Shown here piece by piece: positions 18,755 through 27,610 of a stretch of DNA of 64,000 nucleotides. The translations under genes were made by a program, and so were the position numbers. This stretch comes from an uncultured Chloroflexia bacterium (GTDB lineage Bacteria > Chloroflexota > Limnocylindria > Limnocylindrales > CSP1-4), in the NCBI GenBank assembly GCA_963716025.1, contig CAVQSY010000003.1, positions 55,059-119,058 on the forward strand, written 5' to 3'. Numbering within the stretch: the stretch's first letter is position 1; each line of letters opens with the position of its first letter. The notes beneath the pieces were generated by a model. The model saw nothing but the letters and a program-made list of their open reading frames with translations, was not told the origin of the DNA and ran no database searches.

Positions 18755-19984
18755 ATGCCGACATCGGGGAGGCGGCGAGCGATCACGTGGCTTGGCGCGG
18801 CGATCCTGCTGTTGACCGCCTGCGGCAGCGACCCGGCGACGCCGGGCCCCGCGACGCCCGCGCCGACCGCAGACCCACGCCTCGAGGAAGTCGCCGAGGG
18901 TCGCGGTGTGTGGGAGCGGCAGCGTCCCTCCACGGTGGCCTATACGACGGTCGAGCACCGCGCGAGCGGCCAGGAGACGGTCGTCCACGTGGCGGAGATG
19001 GATGGGCGGGCAGAGGTCCAGCCCGTGTCGATGGCTCCGGACGCACCGGAGATCGGTGCCGCGCAGACCATCGGAGGCATTCTCGACCGCGCCGCCGCCG
19101 CGCTCGAGCAGCCCGGCGGCGAAGTGTCGATCTCCTACGACGTCCTGTACGGGTACGTGTCGCGCCTTGACCAGCGCCTGCCGGACGGCGCCGATGCGCA
19201 GGCCAGCGTGGAGGTGCGAGACCTCACGACCGCGGCCGATCGGACCAGCGCCTCGCGGGCCCGAGCAGCCCTCGACAGCCTGCTCCAGGCCTGGAATGCG
19301 CCACGCTCCCCCACCTGGGAGTACACGTGGAGCCGCTTCACCGCGGCCGACACGGTCTCGAGCGCCACGACCTACCGGGTCCACCACGAGGATGGCGCGA
19401 CCACCGTCGCGGCCGAGGGCGGGGCGGCAGGCGACGCGGCGCCCCCGGACGCCGCCACCATCGGCGGCACCGTCGAGGCGGCCGTGGGCGTGCTCGCGGC
19501 CGGTGGCTGGGTCGACGTCGCCGCGGACGTGGAGGGTCTCGACGTCCTGGTCTCGATCGACCCATCGCCTTCGGCGCGAGGTGACGCCTACTGGATCCGG
19601 ATCGACTACACGGACCTGTACGCGGTCCAGGCTCGCGAGGCCCTCGCCGCTGCCAGGGCCCGCTGGTCCGCCGCTGCCCCCGAGCGGTACGCGTTCCGCT
19701 GGCGCTACGAGGGCCCCGGCGGCTCATGGGGCTGGAACGTCACCCTCAATGGAGACGACGCCGAATTCAAGCCCACCGCGGGTGCGCCGCCCGTCGGGAG
19801 CTCGTTCGTCGCCCCGCGAATTGATGCCCTGTTCGATCTCGTCGGGGCCATCGTCGACGGCGGCGGCAAGGTGAAGGTGGTCTACGACACCGCGCTCGGA
19901 TACCCGAAGACGGTCGCCGTCACCCAGGGCGGGGGTGCCGCCCCCAACGGCACCATCACCATCAGCAAGCTGAAGGTGAAGTAG
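18755..19984 (+). CDS. lipoprotein made of three repeated modules of about 120 aa (tentatively DUF6174-like)
   Basis: Lipobox AILLLTAC. Three modules begin WERQRPSTVAYTTVEH, WNAPRSPTWEYTWSRF and RWSAAAPERYAFRWRY. The last ends VKVVYDTALGYPKTVAV. The family name is from memory only. Confidence 0.6.
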   Translation: MPTSGRRRAITWLGAAILLLTACGSDPATPGPATPAPTADPRLEEVAEGRGVWERQRPSTVAYTTVEHRASGQETVVHVAEMDGRAEVQPVSMAPDAPEIGAAQTIGGILDRAAAALEQPGGEVSISYDVLYGYVSRLDQRLPDGADAQASVEVRDLTTAADRTSASRARAALDSLLQAWNAPRSPTWEYTWSRFTAADTVSSATTYRVHHEDGATTVAAEGGAAGDAAPPDAATIGGTVEAAVGVLAAGGWVDVAADVEGLDVLVSIDPSPSARGDAYWIRIDYTDLYAVQAREALAAARARWSAAAPERYAFRWRYEGPGGSWGWNVTLNGDDAEFKPTAGAPPVGSSFVAPRIDALFDLVGAIVDGGGKVKVVYDTALGYPKTVAVTQGGGAAPNGTITISKLKVK

Positions 19985-20008
19985 CGGGTCCGGTCCTTGC
20001 CGCAGGGG

Positions 20009-20296
20009 TCAGGCCCCTGCCTCGTTCCCATCCCGGCCGCGGCCGATCGCGCCGCTCACGGCCGCGACGCCGTTGACGGCGGACCAGGTGGTGACCGCCT
20101 CGGCGAGGATCGACGAGGACGGGCGGATCGCGAGGCGGTCGTCGGCGCCGCGGATGCCGGCACCGAGCTCGTGGAGCCGGCCACGGTACGCGGGATGGTC
20201 GCCATCGGTGCGGGCCACGGGCGGGTAGACGTCGAAGTAGCCGGCAGGTGACACGACGATGGTGCTCTCGGCCAGCAGGAAGGACTTGCGGGACAT
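20009..20296 (-). CDS. hypothetical 95-aa protein
   Basis: MSRKSFLLAESTIVVSPAGYFDVYPPVARTDGDHPAYRGRLHELG... I checked the codons by hand and third positions are almost all G/C, which supports real coding. I recognise no family. Confidence 0.45.
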   Translation of the reverse strand: MSRKSFLLAESTIVVSPAGYFDVYPPVARTDGDHPAYRGRLHELGAGIRGADDRLAIRPSSSILAEAVTTWSAVNGVAAVSGAIGRGRDGNEAGA

Positions 20297-20437
20297 CAGG
20301 AATCCGATCCGTCGCAAACGCAACGGACGAACTGGATGTGAACCCGGCGCTATCGACTGGACCCCACCATCGACCCAGCCGCCGGATCCGTCAAATGGGT
20401 GCGCGCCGGGGCCGGCGGCAACCGGGCGCCATCCGGG

Positions 20438-21247
20438 TCAGGCGCCACGAGCGTGGAGCCGCTCTCGGACCTCGGTGATGAGCTCGAAGAACCGCGGCGC
20501 CTCGCGGGTGGCGTCGTCGCGTGGCTGCGGCAGGTCGATCTCCACCGTGCTCATGATCCGGCCCGGCCGGGCGCCCATCACCACCACCCGCGTCGAGAGG
20601 TAGACGGCCTCCGGGATCGAGTGGGTCACGAACACGACCGTGGTCCCCGTCCGTGACCAGATCCGCAGCACCTCGTCGTTGAGGCGCTCGCGGGTCATCT
20701 CGTCCAGTGCCCCGAACGGCTCGTCCATGAGCAGGATGCGCGGCTCGAAGGCGAGCGCCCGCGCGATGGCGACCCGCTGCTGCATCCCGCCCGAGAGCTG
20801 GTAGGGACGGTGGCCGGCGAACCCGTCGAGGTCCACCAGGGCAAGCATCTCGCGGACCCGCGTCGCGCGGCGCTCTGCCGGCCAGCGCAGGATCTCGAGC
20901 GGGAGGGCGACGTTCTCCGCCACCGTCCGCCAGTCGAACAGGACGGGCGCCTGGAAGACGATCCCGTAGTCGCGGTCCAGCCGTGCGCGTCCAGGCGGCT
21001 TGGCGTTGACGGTCACCTCCCCTCGAGTCGGCGCGACAAGGTCCCCGATGACTCGCAGGAGCGTGGACTTGCCGCACCCGGACGGCCCGATGAGCGAGAC
21101 GAACGCCCCAGGCTCGATCGCGAGGTCAACGGCCTCGAGGGCCAGCAATGGCCCGCCCTCGCCACCGGCGAAGGCCTTGTCGAGGCCGCGGATGCTGACG
21201 ATCGGCCCGGCGGCCTGGGTCGCGCCGGCCGCCGGGTCCCCGCTCAT
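20438..21247 (-). CDS. ABC transporter ATP-binding protein, nitrate/sulfonate/taurine (NitT/TauT, TauB/SsuB-like) type
   Basis: LIGPSGCGKSTLLRVIGDLVAPTRGEV, IVFQAPVLFDWRTVAENV, LSGGMQQRVAIARALAFEPRILLMDEPFGALD. No permease or binding-protein gene is adjacent. Confidence 0.85.
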   Translation of the reverse strand: MSGDPAAGATQAAGPIVSIRGLDKAFAGGEGGPLLALEAVDLAIEPGAFVSLIGPSGCGKSTLLRVIGDLVAPTRGEVTVNAKPPGRARLDRDYGIVFQAPVLFDWRTVAENVALPLEILRWPAERRATRVREMLALVDLDGFAGHRPYQLSGGMQQRVAIARALAFEPRILLMDEPFGALDEMTRERLNDEVLRIWSRTGTTVVFVTHSIPEAVYLSTRVVVMGARPGRIMSTVEIDLPQPRDDATREAPRFFELITEVRERLHARGA

Positions 21248-21250
21248 GCC

Positions 21251-22585
21251 CTAGCCGGTGACCGCCTGGTCGGCGATGTCCAGCGCGGCGTCGATGATGG
21301 CAAAGCCCTCGGCCAGCTGGTCCTCGTTGATGCACAGGGGCGGGTTGGTGTGGATCGAGTTGTTGGCGATCATCGCGTACAGGCTGTGCTCGCGGAAGTA
21401 CTTGCCGATCGCCTTCATCTCGTCGCTGGTCCCGTTGAAGGGCGTGATCGGCGTCCACGGGTCCTGGCTCCGGACGAGGTCAAGGATTCCGAACAGGCCG
21501 ATGTTGCGGTGCGCCCCCACCGACGGGTGCTTGGCGGCCAGCGCCTCGTGATGGCGGCGCATGACCTCGCCCATCCGGGCGGCGTTGCCGATGAGGTCGT
21601 CGTCCTCGTACACGCCGATCGTGGCCAGGGCCGCGGCGAGGCTCACGGGGTGGCTGCTGTAGGTCAGGCCCCCGTAGAACATCTTGCCGTTCATGACCTC
21701 GGAGATGTGGTCGCGCATGGCGACCGCACCGAGGGGCAGGTAGGACGACGTGAGGCCCTTGGCCATCGTCATCAGGTCGGGGGTGACATCCCAGTGGTCG
21801 ATCGCGAACCAGCGGCCGGTCCGCCCGAAGCCCGCCATGACCTCGTCGGCGACCATCAGGATCCCGTACTTGTCGCACAGCTCGCGGACACCCTTGATGT
21901 ACCCGTCGGGCGGGATGAGGATGCCGTTGGTCCCGACGACGGTCTCGAGGAAGATGGCCGCGATCGTCTGGGCGCCCTCGTACTTGATCACGTCCTCGAG
22001 GCCGGTGAGGGCCTCGGCGGCCGAGCGCGGCTCCTTCTCGCCCCAGCGGTGCGTGTCCGGATAGCGCACCACACCCACGATGCCCGGCTCATTCGCCCAG
22101 CGACGATAGTCGCCGGTGAGCGTCATCGCCCCGGCCGTCGCGCCATGGTAGGCGCGATACCGGGCCAGCAGCTTGTACTTGCCCGTCACGTGCCGGGCGA
22201 GCTTGATCGCGTTCTCCACGGCCTCGGCGCCGCCGAGCGTGAAGAACACCTTGTTGAGGTCACCGGGCATGATCTCGGCCAGCTTCCGGCCGAGGCGGGC
22301 GCGGATCTCGGTCGCGAAGGCGGGCTGCACGAACTGGAGCTTCTCGGCCTGCGCGTTGATCGCGTCGAGCACGCGCCGATCGCCGTGCCCGATGTTGACC
22401 GACATCAGCTGGGCGTTGAAGTCCAGGATCCGGCGGCCTTCGGGCGTGTACAGGTAGACGCCCTCAGCGCGATCGATCGCGATCGGATCGAGCTGGCCCT
22501 GGATGGACCACGAGAACATCGTGTGCTCGCGGGAAAGGGAGACGATCTCCTCGCTGGTCATGCCGGGCGCGGCGCTGATGCCCAT
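21251..22585 (-). CDS. class III (omega) aminotransferase, beta-alanine/taurine:pyruvate type
   Basis: Intact 444 aa. ...FFTLGGAEAVENAIKLAR...YRAYHGATAGAMTLTGD...ILMVADEVMAGFGRTGRWFAIDHWDVTPDLMTMAKGLTSSYLPLGA (PLP lysine context). Confidence 0.85.
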   Translation of the reverse strand: MGISAAPGMTSEEIVSLSREHTMFSWSIQGQLDPIAIDRAEGVYLYTPEGRRILDFNAQLMSVNIGHGDRRVLDAINAQAEKLQFVQPAFATEIRARLGRKLAEIMPGDLNKVFFTLGGAEAVENAIKLARHVTGKYKLLARYRAYHGATAGAMTLTGDYRRWANEPGIVGVVRYPDTHRWGEKEPRSAAEALTGLEDVIKYEGAQTIAAIFLETVVGTNGILIPPDGYIKGVRELCDKYGILMVADEVMAGFGRTGRWFAIDHWDVTPDLMTMAKGLTSSYLPLGAVAMRDHISEVMNGKMFYGGLTYSSHPVSLAAALATIGVYEDDDLIGNAARMGEVMRRHHEALAAKHPSVGAHRNIGLFGILDLVRSQDPWTPITPFNGTSDEMKAIGKYFREHSLYAMIANNSIHTNPPLCINEDQLAEGFAIIDAALDIADQAVTG

Positions 22586-22811
22586 GATCCTCCGTTCCGG
22601 GCGGCCCGGGGTGGGCCGTCCGCTGCTGTCGGCCTTGGCTGCCGGCGTAGTGTGCCGTGGGAGCCATTACAACACACGGCCGACGCCGTGGCGGCGGACC
22701 AGACGGCCGGGTCATGGCGGGTGGAATCGCCTGTTCGCGTTGAGGTTGCTGGTAACTGGATCCAGCGATAACATCGGTTACCGCAGCTCCCTACCACCCC
22801 AGGAGGACCGC

Positions 22812-23174
22812 ATGACGCGAGACGACGTCGTCCGCTGGCTCGAAGGCTACAACGATGCCTGGCGGACATACGACCCCGGCGCCATTCGCGCGCTGTTCGC
22901 GGAGGACGCCGAGTACCGCTACTACCCGTGGGGCGAGCCGCTTCGCGGCGCCTCCGCCATCGTCGACGACTGGCTGGCGGACCAGGACACCCCGGGCACC
23001 TACGAGGGTGCCTACGAGCCCTATGCCGTGGACGGTTCCCGGGCCGTGGCGGTGGGCACGAGCACGTACACCGGCGAGGCGGGTGACCGGCGCTACCACA
23101 ACGTGTTCCTGCTCGAGTTCGACGGAGACGGCGCCTGCCGCCGGTTCACCGAGGTCTTCGCCCAGGAGCGCTGA
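22812..23174 (+). CDS. SnoaL/NTF2-like fold protein
   Basis: AGGAGGA at 22801-22807, then ATG at 22812. MTRDDVVRWLEGYNDAWRTYDPGAIRALFAEDAEYRYYPWGEPLRGASAIVDDW... Confidence 0.7.
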   Translation: MTRDDVVRWLEGYNDAWRTYDPGAIRALFAEDAEYRYYPWGEPLRGASAIVDDWLADQDTPGTYEGAYEPYAVDGSRAVAVGTSTYTGEAGDRRYHNVFLLEFDGDGACRRFTEVFAQER

Positions 23175-23257
23175 CCTGGGGGTCCGGGCCCCCGGCCCCG
23201 ACAACCAGGGCCATCCGGGGGATGACGCCCGCGGCCGTTTGGGTGCACGATCTCCGC

Positions 23258-24817
23258 ATGCGCCGTACGTTCCATGCCGCGCGGGTGCTTCTGCTCGCTG
23301 CGGCTCTCGTCGCGGGCCCGGCCGCCGGCACGGCCATTGCCGCCGCTCCCGACGCCACGCCGCCCGTGGTGACCCCTCCGGTCGCCCAGCCTGCGGCCGG
23401 CGAGACCGCGAAGTCGGCCGCCATCACGATGAGGGTCGCCTGGACGGCCACCGACAGCGGGACGGGCGTGGCGCGGGTCAAGGTGCAGATCAGTGTTGAC
23501 GGTGGCTCGTGGGCGAAGGTCGCCCTGCCCAGGCCGGCTGCCAGGCACGCCATGGTCACGGTTCGACCCCCACACGACGCCAGGTTCCGGGTGCGAGCGA
23601 AGGATGGTGCCGGCAACTGGAGTCCGTGGGCGTACGGCAACGCGCTGCGCTGGGCGCTCACCTCGGAACAGTCGGCTGACGTCACCACCACGGGCGCCTG
23701 GGCCACCCTGGGCGCCGGCGGGTTCCTCGGCGACCGAGCCCTGCGCGGGCGCGCGGGCGGAACGGAGCTTGCGTTCGTGTTCACCGGGAGCCAGGTCGCG
23801 TGGATCGGTCGCCCGTCCCGATCGGGCGGGTCCGCCCGGGTTCTCCTCGATGGGCAGGACCGCGGCGTCGTCAGCACCTACGCGACTTCCACGGCCTACC
23901 GGCGCGTGGTCTACGTCGCGACCTGGCCCGAGCCGGGCCGCCACACCCTCACCATCCGCGTCGTCGGCACGCCGGGCCACCCCAACGTCGTCGTGGACGG
24001 GTTCATCGTGGGTGATGCGCCGTCGGCTGACCCGGTGCTGGTCGGCGCTGGAGACATCGCGTACTGCGGCAGCCCGGGCGACAACCGGACCGCGGACCTG
24101 CTCGACGCCATCCCGGGGCGCGTGTTCGCGGCCGGTGACACGGTCTATCCGGACGGGACGAGGGCCCAGTTCCGCGACTGCTACGGCCCCACCTGGGGCC
24201 GCTGGCGGCTCCGAACCTCCCCCGCCGTCGGCAACCACGAGTACCACACGCCCGGAGCCGGACCCTATTGGGACTACTTCGGTGCGCGGGCGGGCGAGCG
24301 CGGCAAGGGGTGGTACGCGTATGACCTCGGCAGCTGGCGGATCTACACGCTCAACGCCAACTGCACCGAGGTCGGCTGCGGGACCGGCTCAGCCCAGGAG
24401 CAGTGGCTCCGGGCGGACCTCGCAGCCAACCCGCGCGCCTGTGTGGCCGCGGTCATGCACCAGCCGCTGTTCTCCTCCGGTCAGCACGGGGGCGACCCAG
24501 TGGTCCGCCCCCTGTGGGAAGCCCTCGCCGATTTCGACGCCGACGTCGTCCTGGCCGGCCACGACCACGACTACGAGCGGTTTGCTCCCCAGACACCGGC
24601 GGGTGCCGCCTCCCCCACCGGCATCCGCGAGTTCGTGGTCGGCACCGGCGGGGGTCCGTTGCGTCCGTTCGCGACGATCCGGGCGAACAGCGAGGTTCGG
24701 GAGGCCGCGACCCACGGCGTGCTCCGGCTCACGCTCCGGGCCGCCTCCTATGACTGGCTGTTCATCCCGGTCGCCGGGCGGGTGTTCACGGATGCCGGAA
24801 CGGGGCTCTGCCACTGA
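23258..24817 (+). CDS. secreted metallophosphoesterase with an N-terminal non-catalytic beta-rich region
   Basis: Signal-like MRRTFHAARVLLLAAALVAGPAAGTAIAA. Calcineurin-like motifs GAGDIAYCG, AAGDTVYPDG, VGNHEY, MHQPLFSSGQHG and LAGHDHDYERF. Confidence 0.8.
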   Translation: MRRTFHAARVLLLAAALVAGPAAGTAIAAAPDATPPVVTPPVAQPAAGETAKSAAITMRVAWTATDSGTGVARVKVQISVDGGSWAKVALPRPAARHAMVTVRPPHDARFRVRAKDGAGNWSPWAYGNALRWALTSEQSADVTTTGAWATLGAGGFLGDRALRGRAGGTELAFVFTGSQVAWIGRPSRSGGSARVLLDGQDRGVVSTYATSTAYRRVVYVATWPEPGRHTLTIRVVGTPGHPNVVVDGFIVGDAPSADPVLVGAGDIAYCGSPGDNRTADLLDAIPGRVFAAGDTVYPDGTRAQFRDCYGPTWGRWRLRTSPAVGNHEYHTPGAGPYWDYFGARAGERGKGWYAYDLGSWRIYTLNANCTEVGCGTGSAQEQWLRADLAANPRACVAAVMHQPLFSSGQHGGDPVVRPLWEALADFDADVVLAGHDHDYERFAPQTPAGAASPTGIREFVVGTGGGPLRPFATIRANSEVREAATHGVLRLTLRAASYDWLFIPVAGRVFTDAGTGLCH

Positions 24818-24993
24818 ACCGCGACGCGGCAGGCGATGCCCACGGGCTGACTTCCGGCCCGCCCGGTAGGGGCCGACGGGGGCAGAAGCCCAAGGACCAG
24901 CGGCGTATGCTCCGCGCATTCGCCGCCGCGGCGACGCCGGTGGTGGCAGCCGTCCGAGCGGGCGGCAAACGGGAGTATCGAGGAGGCTGATTC

Positions 24994-25844
24994 ATGCCCC
25001 GTAACGTGCGTGGCGCGCTGCTCCAGGCAACCTGGACCGGCGACAAGGAGTCGATGATCCAGAAGCACGAGGGCTATGCCCACGAGGCGGCCAAGCAGGG
25101 CGCGCAGGTGATGCTGCTTCCAGGAGCTCTTCTACGGACCGTACTTCTGCCAGGTGCAGGAGCAGCAGTACTACAGCTACACCGAGCTGATCCCGGACGG
25201 GCCGACCACGAAGCGGATGCAGGACCTCGCCAAGCAGACCGGCATGGTCCTCGTGGTGCCCGATGTACGAGGAGGACTCGACCTCGGGCATCTACTACAA
25301 CACGGCGGCGGTGATCGACGCCGACGGCTCGTACCTGGGCAAGTACCGCAAGACCCACATCCCGCACGTCCAGGGCTTCTGGGAGAAGTTCTACTTCCGC
25401 CCCGGCAACCTCGGCTACCCGGTGTTCGAGACCGCGGTCGGCAAGGTCGGCGTCTACATCTGCTACGACCGCCACTTCCCCGAGGGCGCCCGCGCGCTGG
25501 GCCTCAACGGCGCCGAGATGGTGTTCATCCCGTCGGCCACCAGTCGCGGCCTGTCGGAGTACCTGTGGCGGATCGAGCAGGTCAGCCACGCGCTGGCCAA
25601 CGGCTACTTCGTCGGCACGATCAACCGCGTCGGCATCGAGGCCGAGATCGGACCCGACGACTTCTACGGCCAGAGCTACTTCGTCGATCCGCGCGGCCAG
25701 TTCGTCGGCGCGGTGGGCAGCCCCCACGACGAGGAGCTGATCATCCGTGACATGGACTTCGACGTGATCAACGAGGTCCGCCAGACTTGGCAGTTCTACC
25801 GGGACCGCCGGCCCGACCAGTACGGAGACCTCACCCGGCCCTAG
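24994..25844 (+). pseudogene. beta-ureidopropionase (nitrilase superfamily) with two +1 frameshifts
   Basis: Three frames join into one protein: MPRNVRGALLQATWTGDKESMIQKHEGYAHEAAKQGAQVM | (C)FQELFYGPYFCQVQEQQYYSYTELIPDGPTTKRMQDLAKQTGMVLVVP | MYEEDSTSGIYYNTAAVIDADGSYLGKYRKTHIPHVQGFWEKFYFRPGNLGYPVFET..VGVYICYDRHFPE...FIPSATSRGLSEYLW...TINRVG. Extra bases sit at about 25114 and about 25262. The blocks resemble eukaryote-type beta-alanine synthase. Confidence 0.85.
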
Positions 25845-25906
25845 GCCGCCACGGAGGGCCGAACGGCACGGTTGCCGATGCGGCCGTGTCGGGTATGATC
25901 CCGCGC

Positions 25907-25939
25907 GGCTCGGCTGTCAAGGAGGAGGACAGCCGAGCC
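25907..25939 (+). terminator. perfect 12-bp stem hairpin with a Shine-Dalgarno-like loop (terminator or attenuator)
   Basis: GGCTCGGCTGTC (25907-25918), loop AAGGAGGAG, GACAGCCGAGCC (25928-25939), then GCCTGATTCTC. It lies between the beta-ureidopropionase and LLM genes. Confidence 0.5.
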
Positions 25940-25975
25940 GCCTGATTCTCCCGGGTCCCCACAGGAGGCAGCGGA

Positions 25976-26989
25976 ATGCAGTTCGGCTTCACGCTCAAGC
26001 CCGACCACTCGATCGAGCGCACGATCGAGCTCACCCGACAGGCGGAGGCTGCCGGCTTCACCCACGGCTGGCTGTTCGATTCGCACGTCCTGTGGAGAGA
26101 CCCGTACCCGCTCCTGACGCTCATGGTCCAGGCCACGACGGCGATGCGGTTCGGGACCTGCGTCACCAACCCGGCCACGCGTGAGCCATCAGTCACGGCC
26201 TCGCTGCTCGCCGAGCTCAACGAGCTGTCCGGCGGGCGCATGGACCTGGGCATCGGCCGCGGCGACTCGGCGCGCCGGGTGCTGGGCAAGGCCCCGACAA
26301 CGATGAAGGACCTCGAGCAGGCCGTGCACGTGATCCGGGCGCTGGTCGAGGGTCGCGGCATCGAGTTCGAGGGCGCGATGCTCGAACTGCCCTGGACACC
26401 GGGCTTCCCGCTCCCGGTGTGGATCGCGGGCTACGGCCCCGTGGCGCTCAAGCTGACGGGCCGCATCGCAGACGGGGCCATGCTCCAGATCGGCGACCCC
26501 GATCTCATCCGCTGGTTCGTATCCCAGGTGCGGGAATCCGCGGCGGCCGCCGGGCGGGACCCGGGCGCCGTGCAGGTCATGGCTGCCGCACCGGCCCACG
26601 TCGGTGACCTGGCCGACGGCCGGGACCGGACGCGCTGGTTCCCGGCGCTGGTCGGCAACCACGTCGTCGATCTCGTGAACAAGTACCCGCGCGAGGACCT
26701 GCCGCCGGAGCTGACGGCCTACATCCACGACCGCGAGGGCTACGACTACCTCCACCACGCCGAGGTCGGGTCCTCGAATGCCTCCTTCGTGACCGACGAC
26801 ATCGTGGACCGGTTCTGCCTGGTCGGCGGCCCGGACGCGCACATCGAGCGGCTCCGGACGCTTGCCGAAGCCGGGGTGGACCAGTTCAACCTGTACCTGA
26901 TGAACGGCAACGAGGAGGAGCAGCTCGAGCTCTACGGGAAGCACGTGATCCCGGCCCTCCGGGACGTTGGCGCGGAGCGTCACGCCTGA
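25976..26989 (+). CDS. luciferase-like monooxygenase (LLM) class, F420-dependent oxidoreductase type
   Basis: MQFGFTLKPDHSIERTIELTRQAEAAGFTHGWLFDSHVLWRDPYPLLTLM...GRMDLGIGRGDSARRVLG...VWIAGYGPVALKLTGRIADG. Intact 337 aa. Confidence 0.8.
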   Translation: MQFGFTLKPDHSIERTIELTRQAEAAGFTHGWLFDSHVLWRDPYPLLTLMVQATTAMRFGTCVTNPATREPSVTASLLAELNELSGGRMDLGIGRGDSARRVLGKAPTTMKDLEQAVHVIRALVEGRGIEFEGAMLELPWTPGFPLPVWIAGYGPVALKLTGRIADGAMLQIGDPDLIRWFVSQVRESAAAAGRDPGAVQVMAAAPAHVGDLADGRDRTRWFPALVGNHVVDLVNKYPREDLPPELTAYIHDREGYDYLHHAEVGSSNASFVTDDIVDRFCLVGGPDAHIERLRTLAEAGVDQFNLYLMNGNEEEQLELYGKHVIPALRDVGAERHA

Positions 26990-27235
26990 CGGCCGGGCAC
27001 GTCCGCTCGACGAGCGCGGGGCCTGGGGACAGGCCGCCCAGCGATCCCGCCTCGGAGCATGGACCCTCCGCACCGCCACCGGACGGTCCGGCCCCGGTGA
27101 CGGGGTGCACCACGATCACGCGGGTCTCCACGGCCGGTGGAGTCCAGTGTGGTGCGGTGGTGGGTCACCGGACCTACGTCACCCTCCCGCCCACCACCCC
27201 ATCGGACCGACACTGTGGGGGCTGGAGGTCGCTCG

Positions 27236-27445
27236 ATGACCGATCACTCGATGTTTCGCCGCCGGGATCCGTTCTGGGAGCTTGATGGCCCCGCCGCCCG
27301 GCGCGCGCGCCGGATCCGCCAGACACGTGGCGCGATCGCCTTCCTGTTCGCCGTCGTCGCCGTGGGCGCCACCATCCTGGCCTGGTTGATCCGGCTCGGG
27401 ATCGCGGCGGCGCTGGGTGTGCCCCTCGCCCTGCCGGCGCTCTGA
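27236..27445 (+). CDS. hypothetical small membrane protein (69 aa)
   Basis: GGAGG lies 7 nt upstream of ATG at 27236. MTDHSMFRRRDPFWELDGPAARRARRIRQTRGAIAFLFAVVAVGATILAWLIRLGIAAALGV: one or two TM helices. Confidence 0.4.
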   Translation: MTDHSMFRRRDPFWELDGPAARRARRIRQTRGAIAFLFAVVAVGATILAWLIRLGIAAALGVPLALPAL

Positions 27446-27610
27446 CACCGGCCAAGCGGCGGGTGGGCCGGTGGGCCCCTGCCGGTGCGGCTGTCAGGGT
27501 CACGTCTCCACGTCAACCGGCCCTGTCACGGCCGGTCGCCATCGCTAGGATGGGTCCACGAGCGTCCCACCGCCTCCGGGTGAGGCGGCACATGCACGCG
27601 AGGAGGACAG

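Noticed and set aside
23555-23575. tRNA T-arm-like strings (GGTTCGACCCC here; similar TTCGAA/TTCGAC strings at about 5311 and 40060).
   Set aside because: They lie inside well-supported coding regions, and I could not build acceptor, D or anticodon stems around them. No tRNA is called.
24818-24993. The 176-nt leader upstream of beta-ureidopropionase as a possible riboswitch.
   Set aside because: I could find only short imperfect stems and nothing resembling a known riboswitch core. It cannot be supported without covariance or Infernal analysis.
11715-25262. Three of the single-base insertions sit right next to an internal ATG (GTC-G-ATG at 11715, ATG-C-TGC at 25114, CCC-G-ATG at 25262). This hints at a systematic cause.
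   Set aside because: Other lesions (sufB at about 55825, Eis at about 56898, paralog A at about 58101 and 58179) do not follow the pattern. Three cases are too few to claim a mechanism, so I note it only as a curiosity.
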